This document shows, in pieces, positions 1 to 9,365 of a DNA stretch of 39,696 nt (positions within the stretch are counted from its first letter, which is position 1; every line of letters begins with the position of its first letter). The stretch is taken from NCBI GenBank assembly GCA_965644295.1, contig CBFFRP010000611.1, positions 1 to 39,696 of the forward strand, read 5' to 3'. The stretch comes from Paraphysomonas bandaiensis (taxonomy: Eukaryota; Protista; Chrysophyceae). The position numbers and the translations under genes were made by a program. A model generated the notes under the pieces. The model was not told the origin of the DNA. It did not search any database and saw only the letters and a list, made by a program, of their open reading frames with translations.

Positions 1-30
1 AGGAGGAAACATAGGCGCGAGACAAGGCAA

Positions 31-3000
31 ATGATACCGACAAAAACCAGAAGATCGCAGGAGCTTGGAGGACTTATAGCAGTTGATTTTACTGGACCAT
101 TTTCACCTCCAGCAATAGTCACAGGAAACACCGTAGTCTTTGGAGCTACCGATGCAGCTTCAAGATACAGTTGGACATTCTATGGAAAACACAGAACCGA
201 GGATTTTGTCATTGAGTGCATTCAGAAAATTGTGGATTATCTGCATTCGAAAGGCAAACGGCTAATACACTATCATGCTGATGGTGGCCGTGAGCTAGTA
301 TCACATCGTGTACTGAACTTGCTGAGAAAATTAGGATCAACCTGGACCTTCAACGCTCCGTACACGCCAGAAGACAACCCCATACAAGAACGACCATGGC
401 GCACGACCAAGGAAAGAACGCTTGCATCCATTTGCAACTCGGGCCTACCACCCAACTTCTGGGAACAGGCTATGTCCACCGTCACGCATATGAAAAATCG
501 CCTGCCATGCGCCACTGCAAAGGGATTCATATCACCGTATCAGTTCATCCACGACGAGGCCCCCGATTTATCTTACGCCAGAATTTGGGGCTGCAAATGC
601 CATACATTCATAGACAAGTCTCAGAGAAGAAACGATTGGTCTCCACATAGCCATATTGGGTACTTCATGGGATACCGAGAAGATGGACCAGGGTACGTCA
701 TATATGTACCTTCACTCAAGGACTTCGTAATCTCAAGTCACGTCTTTTTCAATGAGTGCATCCCCGACGTCAAGGAAAACTACTACGCTGAAATCGAATC
801 ATCACTGAGAGAAGAAAATTCAGAGAATCGAACAACCGAGAGCTTCCAATACCTCGTTGGAATGACCCACACAGATCCACAGGATGGCCTCCAATACATC
901 ACGACAAGAATCACAGTCATCAAAGGCCACGTGGCTGCTTACAGAGGATTGGCCCCACGAGAAAATGAAGGGCGAGTCATCGAGTTAAATGACCCAATAC
1001 ACGCTGCGGACATCGAAAGATACACCGCCGAGCACTTCAGTTATCAGAACGCGGTATCACCCCCGCAAGAGGAACCAGGATGCCCCGTGGAAGGAACAGC
1101 TCCAGGGAGGAGCAGTTCAACCGACAGCCGTCATGACGCCACACGGGGCGGGAGTCACAGCCATTTGAGAGGACCCTACTCAAATGAAAAGGAGGCAAGG
1201 CCTCGCCGCACAGCAGAAGCTCAGCGGAATACAGTGCCGAAGGAGGCACGGGGTGACAACAAGCGTGATCACCCTGCTCGTAAGGTCAAACGAGCTATCA
1301 AGACTGTGAATTCCCAGGGTGACAGGAGCCGGCAAAGCCCGGATGGCACAATTACGGGTGTAAGGACACCCCACCGACACAAGGTGAGCCGTTGCGTAAA
1401 GAAAAGTCTCCACAGCAAGAGGCAGACCAGGAAAAGGGTAATCATGAATGTACACAAATTCGGTGATAATATATACCACTGTGATGTTGATAAAAGATAT
1501 TTGTACAACCACAAAACACCTGATAAACATGATAGTTACAGAACATTATACATGAATGATGTTGACATCATTATGCATGCAAATGACACATGTAGCAATG
1601 ATGTACCTAACACACCTAACAATGTTGGCGAGGCACTATCAGGCAGGTACAAGGAACAATGGCTGAAAGCCATCAACAAAGAAATCAAGTCTCTAGAGAG
1701 CAAAGGCTGTTGGAGGATAACGACACCACCAGCAAATTCCAACATTATAAGGGGAAAATTCGTGTTTAGGGTAAAGGTCAAGCGAGATGAGGTTACCTTC
1801 AAGGCGAGGTTAGTGGCTCAAGGTTTCTCCCAGGTCGAGGGTAAAGACTACAACGAAACCTACAGCCCAGTCGCAAAGGCCACATCAATGAGAACAGTCA
1901 TAGCACTAGCAACTATACTTGGGTTGGAGCTTCACCAGGTAGATTTCTCCACTGCTTACATCAATGCAGACCTCCAAGAGGAAATTTACATGTATCCACC
2001 CGCTGGTCTCAATGTTCCAAACGGTAAAGTCCTCAGACTTCTAAAGAGTATATACGGACTCAAACAGTCCGGGTTAAATTGGTATAAATGTTGTACTAAT
2101 TATTTGTTAGACTGTGGTTTTACCAGATTAGTGTCCGACCCGTGCATATTCACGAAATCAATCAATGGTCGACCCATAATTCTGGCAGTTTACGTCGATG
2201 ACATCATTATCGCCGGTAAAAGTAGGACTGACATCATCCAAATCAAGAATTCGTTAGCTGAAAAATTCGACATTCATGATCTCGGCCTCCTAGATTACTA
2301 CCTCGGCATATTCGTCAAACAGGATATACAGAATCGAACTACGACACTAAATCAATCTCAATACATACGGAACCTACTCCACAGATTCAACATGGAAGAT
2401 TGCAAGCCACGTAGTCACCCCATGACAACAAATTTTCATATAGACATTCTCGAAAAGAAACAACTATCTCAAGAAAATCAAGAATTTGTCCAAAATTTTC
2501 CTTACAAGGAGCTCATAGGTTCACTTATGTATATTGCTGTGTGCACTAGACCTGATATTGCATATGCTGTAAACACCCTTGCTCGTTTCAGTACTAATCC
2601 AAATCTAACTACATGCAAAGCCGCATTAAACATACTTAGGTACCTCAAAGGCACTATCGATCAAGGTCTACAGTACTCCGGGAAGTCTGTTACTTTAACT
2701 GGATTCGCTGACAGTGATTGGGCACGCTGTAACTTAACTCGCAGGTCGACCACAGCGTTTTGCTTCTTTATTGGAAATTGTCTCATTTCCTGGCAATCAC
2801 GACTCCAGACCACTGTAGCTCTATCCTCTACAGAAGCGGAGTACATGGCACTATCAACAGCATGTCAAGAAGCTATTTGGCTACGGTCACTACTCTCGGA
2901 ATTGGGCTTCCACATGCCATACTCAACAACCATATGGTGTGACAACAAAGGTGCAATTCAACTATGCCTAAACCCCGTACACCACCGACGAACAAAACAT

Positions 3001-3174
3001 ATTGCCATCAGATATCACTTCATAAGAGAACAAGTCGCATCGCACTCTATTATTGTTGATTACATGCCTACAAACGAGATGCTGGCCGACATTCTAACTA
3101 AACCCCTCACATCAAACACGTTCCACAGATTGCGGGATTCACTAATGGGGGGGAGGTATCAACATACCTGCTAG
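31..3174 (+). CDS. Copia pol polyprotein (integrase core, RT, RNase H), N-terminally incomplete
   Basis: Integrase DFTGP / HADGGRE / NPIQER; RIWGC SH3-like region; RT motifs FKARLVAQGFSQ, QVDFSTAY, KSIYGLKQSG, YVDDII; RNase H ADSDWA, SSTEAEY, TKHIAIRYHF, ADILTKPL. Confidence 0.96.
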   Translation: MIPTKTRRSQELGGLIAVDFTGPFSPPAIVTGNTVVFGATDAASRYSWTFYGKHRTEDFVIECIQKIVDYLHSKGKRLIHYHADGGRELVSHRVLNLLRKLGSTWTFNAPYTPEDNPIQERPWRTTKERTLASICNSGLPPNFWEQAMSTVTHMKNRLPCATAKGFISPYQFIHDEAPDLSYARIWGCKCHTFIDKSQRRNDWSPHSHIGYFMGYREDGPGYVIYVPSLKDFVISSHVFFNECIPDVKENYYAEIESSLREENSENRTTESFQYLVGMTHTDPQDGLQYITTRITVIKGHVAAYRGLAPRENEGRVIELNDPIHAADIERYTAEHFSYQNAVSPPQEEPGCPVEGTAPGRSSSTDSRHDATRGGSHSHLRGPYSNEKEARPRRTAEAQRNTVPKEARGDNKRDHPARKVKRAIKTVNSQGDRSRQSPDGTITGVRTPHRHKVSRCVKKSLHSKRQTRKRVIMNVHKFGDNIYHCDVDKRYLYNHKTPDKHDSYRTLYMNDVDIIMHANDTCSNDVPNTPNNVGEALSGRYKEQWLKAINKEIKSLESKGCWRITTPPANSNIIRGKFVFRVKVKRDEVTFKARLVAQGFSQVEGKDYNETYSPVAKATSMRTVIALATILGLELHQVDFSTAYINADLQEEIYMYPPAGLNVPNGKVLRLLKSIYGLKQSGLNWYKCCTNYLLDCGFTRLVSDPCIFTKSINGRPIILAVYVDDIIIAGKSRTDIIQIKNSLAEKFDIHDLGLLDYYLGIFVKQDIQNRTTTLNQSQYIRNLLHRFNMEDCKPRSHPMTTNFHIDILEKKQLSQENQEFVQNFPYKELIGSLMYIAVCTRPDIAYAVNTLARFSTNPNLTTCKAALNILRYLKGTIDQGLQYSGKSVTLTGFADSDWARCNLTRRSTTAFCFFIGNCLISWQSRLQTTVALSSTEAEYMALSTACQEAIWLRSLLSELGFHMPYSTTIWCDNKGAIQLCLNPVHHRRTKHIAIRYHFIREQVASHSIIVDYMPTNEMLADILTKPLTSNTFHRLRDSLMGGRYQHTC

Positions 3175-3409
3175 CAATAAAAGAACAAAAGTATCTATCC
3201 CACCGGCAGAGAACTCAACCAAGAGACCACGATGGATGACTTAGAGATCTACGGAGTTTCCCACGAGTATGCTGTATGTTGACATCAGTGTAATCCACAA
3301 TCTGTGATTGCACTCGTGGGTTTTACCCTCAGTAGAACTATCTCCAAATATATACACCTATATCCATATATCTATGTATACGCCATATGATTATTTCATT
3401 GAGGGGGAG

Positions 3410-3669
3410 TATTAGGAGTCATTGATTCACGTATATCTCTTAACGCGTGAATACAACACACATATACAATGAAATACCAAATAGACTGAATAATTACCAA
3501 ACTATACATGATACGCGACTGTACAAGATACGCACATGTGTGTGGTGCTAACGCTCTGCTCAAACGTGTCTTGCTATTATACTATTAGGCCTTATCGTTC
3601 AATCTTTATCTCTAATAATATCAAGTATATTCTTACTAAATATTAAGACTAACCTTAAATCTTATTTCA
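3410..3669 (+). repeat. 3' LTR of the first copia element (~260 bp)
   Basis: Begins immediately after the PPT with TATTAG, the same start as the LTR of the second copia. The right end is inferred from TTTCA and the onset of similarity to the LINE copy at ~18886. The partner LTR is not in the window. Confidence 0.7.
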
Positions 3670-4124
3670 ACGCCGACGGCTTCGACAACTCTATCTACAC
3701 CCGCGGCCCCACAGGAGCACAGTAACACAGACTACAAACCCAACTCCTCCTCCCAACAATCCCCACCACTCTCAACCCACACATCTGGAACTAGGTGCAC
3801 TCAGGACCCTAATCCAGAACGCTGAGCCCCCTCCAACACCAATGGAGACCTATCCCAAAGGGAGACCCCCAGATCAATAGCGCCGGTGAGTCCACGGACA
3901 CACGATAAAGGCGAATTTCATATCACACAAAAAGAACGGAAGTGGTTGCACCTTGGTGCTTGCGGCGACGCACAAGCAGCTTTCGTAGCGTTAAATAGTA
4001 GGATAAAAGAGTTTGTATTGATTAGTTACGGGTAGTGGTCTAACTAGTATGACTAGCATTCTTCTAGCCACTAATTGCTGCAAGGTCTCAACGCCTATTG
4101 CTAAATAATCAGACATTCACTACT
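3670..4124 (+). mobile_element. LINE 3' end, copy A (interrupted on its 5' side by the copia element)
   Basis: Colinear with ~18886-19315, e.g. CACACATCT, CACTCAGGAC, TATCCCAA, GTGAGTCC, AAGAACGGAAGTGGTTGCACCTTGGTGCTTG, and the shared 3' UTR ending AACGCCTATTGCTAAATAA. Confidence 0.8.
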
Positions 4125-4134
4125 ATAGTGATAT

Positions 4135-4800
4135 TTAGGTACTGCGAGATACTGTTGTAAACTTCCGCGTTTGTTAGAACGGTACATCTTTGTTGAGTCC
4201 ATAGCTATTTTGGTACAATTTTGTATGGTGTAGAGCAATCTTGGACAGTTGAAAAGTGTGATGAGAAATCTCATTAACAAGTGTTCATTCATTAAGTCCC
4301 TCAACAAAGTCGGACTCGCACCTTTTCGTGGTGTTCTGGGGGATAAGTACCGGAGAGATTCTCTCTGGGAAACTAACGTGAGCTGCAAACATAGTCAGCA
4401 GATATTCTTCTGCCCACGCATAGCCGAATGCCTGTGTGGTACAAGGGGCACCAATTAGTGTCACTTGTGTAGACGTCTTTGGGCCCTGACCAATAAACAG
4501 GCCCAGCTCAAGGGCATCCGGGACAGGCCCCACCTAAAGGGTAACCGGGGTATTGGGCTGCCTGCTGAAGTCAAGCATCCGGGATGTTCACCTTAAGAAC
4601 TCAGAGCGGAAGTTGTCGCACCTTGGTGCTTGCGGCGACGCACAAGCAGCTTCCGTAGCGTTAAATAGTAGGATAAAAAAAGTGTGTACTGATTAGTTAC
4701 AGGTAGAGGTTTAACTATAGTTTGTCTAGCATTCATCTAGCTACTAAGTTGTTGCAGGTTTTTAACGCCTATTGCTAATAAAAAGACTTTCAATACAATA
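4135..4800 (+). mobile_element. LINE 3' end, copy B (tandem with copy A; 5' boundary approximate)
   Basis: Shared 3' UTR core at 4606-4795 (CACCTTGGTGCTTGCGGCGACGCACAAGCAGC...AACGCCTATTGCTAATAAAAAGACTTTCAATA) with a short CAATA duplication at the tail. The upstream part resembles the minus-strand copy at ~17940-18070. Confidence 0.7.
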
Positions 4801-5007
4801 CATTCATTAAGTGTTGTGTTTACTGAGAGTGGTTACCTTACTTCAAAGTTTAATCATTAATCATGCCATTCCTGACAAGATTGTAAGGATAATATACACA
4901 TCTATTACAAACTATTGACAATTAGTATGTAAGTAAATTCTACGACTATTTTCATACTATTCATGATACTACAGAACAATGCAATGTTAGTTCGTGATGT
5001 TTTCTAG

Positions 5008-6513
5008 CTATATCATTCCTACTTTCAGGGCTGGAGATAGCCCAGGATGAATGGCTGTGTACTGTCCCGCCTTGATATCTGCCAGAAGTTCGTCAAGGTG
5101 CTTAATGAGGCTGCGTAGAGCGAACGAGTAGCTATCATCACCGGAATTGCTCGGCAATGTATGTGCATGGTCGATAACACGTACCGCTGCGGTTGAATTC
5201 CTACAAGCATACGTCCTGGCTGGAAGGGAAATAGGGACAGGGCTGTCATTGCTCTCTCTACACCGAACTAGGAAATGCGACGAGGGATGATGTGTGTGTT
5301 CCAGATTAGAAATAAGTGGATAGAGTCTCTCTGCCTCGTATACAATTAGTATAGAAGAGCTATAAAACTTCCATGAACGTTGAGTTTCAGTCCACTGGAG
5401 CAGAGCCTCCAGCTGTTGTAGCACGTCCAATATTACATCTGTCCTAAAGCCCGAGCCATTACAGAAAAATGCAGCCAGTCCGTGCTGTGATATGTTAGAA
5501 AAGCAGAACTAGTACATTTAGAGTCGTACCTTGATCATATCCGGTGATAGGCTGCGTCCGAACTTCTTCCGCACCTCTATATACTCGCCCTGGACAGCGT
5601 CGAATACCTTAAACCCAGTCAATCGGAAGCCCACTGTTTCTTGGTGCTTGTACTTTATTTTCTCACGGATCATTTTCTCAAGGGAAGCGGTGGGCTCAAA
5701 TGTCTATGTACGCATATATCAACCACACACAGACATTTACAGAAAAAAATATAGGAGAAAGTGCACCTGTCGACCCATCTTAATATCTATCACACATGGG
5801 GTCCGGAACCGACGTGTAGCATCTTCCAAAGCAATGTATGGAATTAGTTTCCCACATCTATTTTCACACTAAATAGTATGATGACTTATCGCTGCTCTAC
5901 CAGTAATCAAATGGCATCTACTTACCATTACAACTCCAAAGTAGCGAGGGAGGAATGCATGAGGAAATCTTGATGATGAACGGCCACAACTTGCACAGTC
6001 CTCATAAAAACTATACGTGATATGGCTTAGACAGTTACTACATTAAGCCTGAACAAGATACCACCTAACTTCACGTATGAATAGCTTGTGCTTTATCATC
6101 GGCTTTAAAACCATGTCTTTGTATCGTCGCAAAACTTCCATAGAGTACAAAGTCAGTCATGCAACCCATATATTTCCGACAGTCACCCTCACCTTCATTG
6201 ATATGGCCGGCTACCTGATGTTCGAATTGTTCAGAACCCTCAAGCTTGATCACCGACAGAGTTTGAGAAGCCCCTCTGCACCTCATCTCCAGGAATCGCT
6301 TCCTTATTCCCATAATTAACATATCGTTTAGTCCGAACCCTGCCATGAAGTCACTCACCTTGCTTTATCGATCGCATCCGCAGAATGAGAGGCTCGTTCC
6401 TGACAAATCTCTTTCCTGATACGAGAGAGAAGCTTGAGCAGGAAAATTCCAGCAACAAAGGGGGAGAATGTGACCGCCAGTACAGTTATGGTATCAGGAA
6501 TACGGGCTGACAT
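5008..6513 (-). CDS. IPMK: Inositol polyphosphate (multi)kinase, IPK family, multi-exon
   Basis: Spliced translation gives FEHQVAGH, VLKP, FLPRYFG, LEDAT..FRTPCVIDIKMG (PxxxDxKxG), GFRLTG, SSSILIVYE, VRVIDHAH. Putative first exon starts at ATG 6513 with donor GTGAGT at 6358. Confidence 0.88.
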
Positions 6514-7120
6514 GCCAGTCCTCTCCAGTCCTCGTCTATCTGTCCATCTGTACCATTACACCACACAACTATTACTATGAATCTCCATTATCTTCCTACA
6601 CTCACAGCAACAGATGTATCGATAGTATCTAGCAACAGATGAGATGATATGTAGCTATCTAGCTATGTACTGTACACAGCGAGGAGAGGAGCTATCGTCT
6701 ATCCAACATCCATCATCCATCATCCATCATCGAGCTATCCACGCTGTGCTGTGCTGCTGTACATGCATCAGTCACATGCGAATAGTATACGAGCACAGCA
6801 CAGTGGCCGTCTCGTGTGTAGCCCGTTCACTACTGGGTTGGTAGTTTGCAGGTATTTTGCTGTCTGTAGGAGCCGTATTCTATATATCGAATGTGTAACT
6901 GTCGCATATATATACACATGTATACATATATACATCTCTATATACTCATGCCCACACAGCGGCACATACACTCTATATATGCAGCTCACAACACACTTCC
7001 TGGCCGTTTAATAGCTACTCCTGTGAATTCAACTCTAGGATGTCCATGTCAAAGTCATTTGCATCCCTCGGGAGCACCAAAAGTGAATATTGCCTTAGCA
7101 TGGAGGCTAAAAATGACGGC

Positions 7121-8116
7121 ATGAATATGGAGGAAAGGTACGCAGAGTTCGTCATATTACTTCTGTTTGACGTCACATAATACACCAGGGCATACCCAAC
7201 AATAAAAGATTATTATGAAGCTTCCAGTGTTGATAGTGATCGACCGCTCACTTATCAACATGGCCTTTCAAATTATTCGACACTTCAGCTTGGCGACGAA
7301 AGAATAACTTTTAAGAAATCTCTGGCGAAGTCAACGTTCACTCAAGAAGCCATCCACTCGGACAATATGTCTGTTCTAACTGACGCTCACTTGCGTAATA
7401 AGACTAAAACTCCGAAGACTCGACATGCGGATTATCTGAGTGCGTTAGAAATTGTTGGCGAACAAAATGTCCTGGATATGGAGCAGAGTGTTAGAGATCG
7501 CATGCAAGACTGCACAAAAAATGATCCTTCCCTTATTCGTAAAGCTTTTCATCATTTTGATCGTGATCACTCTGGAGGAATCGATATTCAAGAGTTTGAT
7601 AGGGCTCTGAAAATTATTGGTCTTGACTTAAAAGAAATTGAAGTGTATGCTCTCTTCGGAAAGTATGATGCTGATTGCGAGGGATATATAAGTTATGCAC
7701 ATTTCAAAGAGTGTGTTGTCAATGGACATACTCCTAATCGCAGATTTCAGAGTAGCGGTATGATTTTCGATTCCAAAACTGATGACGATGACTACATTGA
7801 TGAAAGGACAGAAGAGGAAAAAGAGCGCGATGAGGTATAGATCCATAGATGTAATTACGCTTTATGTCGACTAATCCAAGAATGTATGTACTTATTCAAT
7901 CAGCTTCACAGAATTCAAGAACGCAGAATCGGGGAAATTTTCAGCGAGGTTGATGAGTCAGGCAGCGGAATTATAGACGCTGCTGGAGCAGCCATGCTAC
8001 TTGACAAGATGTCGGGCTTGGTGGATGCAGCAACCAAGCAATGCATTATGAAAGTGCTCGCTGATCAAGATCAAATTACTCTTCAAGAGTTTATTGATCT
8101 GTGGCGATCGTCGTAA
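7121..8116 (+). CDS. EF-hand calcium-binding protein (3 exons)
   Basis: EF loops DRDHSGGIDIQE, DADCEGYISYAH, DESGSGIIDAAG. Exon 1 ATG 7121, intron 7138-7188 joins in frame to ORF 7367..; second intron from ~7835 joins ORF 7886..8116. Confidence 0.85.
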
Positions 8117-8502
8117 ATATTTGTAAGTTTAACGCATGCGACGTTATAGCGATCAGGAATAAGAAATCTGTACGATTTATTTGTTGTCACTGTCTTGGTA
8201 TAAATGGTAGTCATGGATAACGACAAGTTACGATAATTTATCAACTAATATATATGAATTTGACTATCTTGCTTTATATATTCTGAATTTGCTTAGGCCA
8301 AGTCAGTATTAACAAAACCAGGTAAAGAAATCACAAGTATATTGAAAGCTGTACAGTTTAAAGTGTGTTAGGATTCATCTTAATATTATGATGTTCAATG
8401 AAATATATCATGAACTGAATTAATGATTGTATCTGTTGAAGATACTTCGTCGTCACCATAACGATCGTCATTGTCAGTTATACTTCTAACTATTCCGTTG
8501 TG

Positions 8503-8667
8503 CGGCGACGCACAAGCAGCTTCTGTAGCGTTAAATAGTAGGATAATAGAATTTGTGCTGATTAGTTATGGGTAGAGGTCTAACTAGTAGATCTAGCATT
8601 CAACTAGCCACTATATCGGAACGAGTTTTTAACGCCTATTGCTAAATAAAAAGACATTCAATATTAA
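8503..8667 (+). mobile_element. LINE 3' end, copy C: ~165-bp 5'-truncated insertion with 12-bp TSD
   Basis: Same 3' UTR core; flanked by the direct repeat TATTCCGTTGTG at 8491-8502 and 8668-8679. Confidence 0.88.
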
Positions 8668-9365
8668 TATTCCGTTGTGTATGAAGTTATGTTCTGCATT
8701 ATAATTCTCCTTTCTACATAATTGTGTGTATCACTTTACACTCTAACAATCACAACATTCTTCTTACTATTACTAAGCTTAAATCTGCAATAAGTGACAG
8801 GAACGATGCTACTATATGTACAGTAATCTGAGAGAAACCGGCAGATATCTGAGGAAAAGGTTATCGTAATACATATAAAATGGCAGATTCGATGACGTGA
8901 TGTTCTCGGGATGTTAGAGTTCTATGTATATGCTGTTCACAGACTGTAGAGATGTTAGGTTTCAGTTTTGGTACCTGTCCCATACCTTCTATTTGAGGAC
9001 AAGTGGTGCTCCGTGCCTGCCTGCATGACTGACAGAGAACATTGCTAATCCGAAATGCTTCTTGCATCTCTATGCGTTGTGCTCTCCCGGATAAAGGTGG
9101 GTCGGAAATCTAAACACAGATGTATGACGGGGTTGACAGCACAGACAGTCTGAAAATGACGATTTCGCTGTGTCCATATCATGCTTGAACTAGATCGTTA
9201 CAGGGAGTGTCCACCAGATAAGATCCTACTGGTCGAGTACATAAGTGCACAGAGAGCGTCCTTATTAAGACTTGTCAAGCAACTGGACACTCTATGCTTC
9301 ACAAACACACCGTTATAGCTAGGTTGGAATGTGGCTCCTTCTTGTTGTGTTCGCCCCAGCCAGAT

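Larger units (their letters stand above)
1..3669 (+). mobile_element. Ty1/copia LTR retrotransposon, 3' half (5' part lies outside the window)
   Basis: INT-RT-RNaseH order in ORF 31..3174; polypurine tract GAGGGGGAG at 3401-3409; putative 3' LTR 3410-3669 (TATTAG...TTTCA), after which LINE-homologous sequence begins. Confidence 0.93.

Noticed and set aside
3985-4005. Known self-cleaving ribozyme (pistol-like CGTTAAATAG linker, or hammerhead as in Penelope elements) in the repeated 3' UTR
   Set aside because: I could not build the pistol P1/pseudoknot, and there is no CTGANGA...GAAA hammerhead core. The CCHC knuckle and 12-bp TSD point to a LINE rather than a Penelope element.
8800-9365. Possible minus-strand gene left of the array (ORF 8861..9067), and a degraded ORF at 28560-28930
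   Set aside because: No recognisable motifs or consistent exon chain; stops interrupt the frames.
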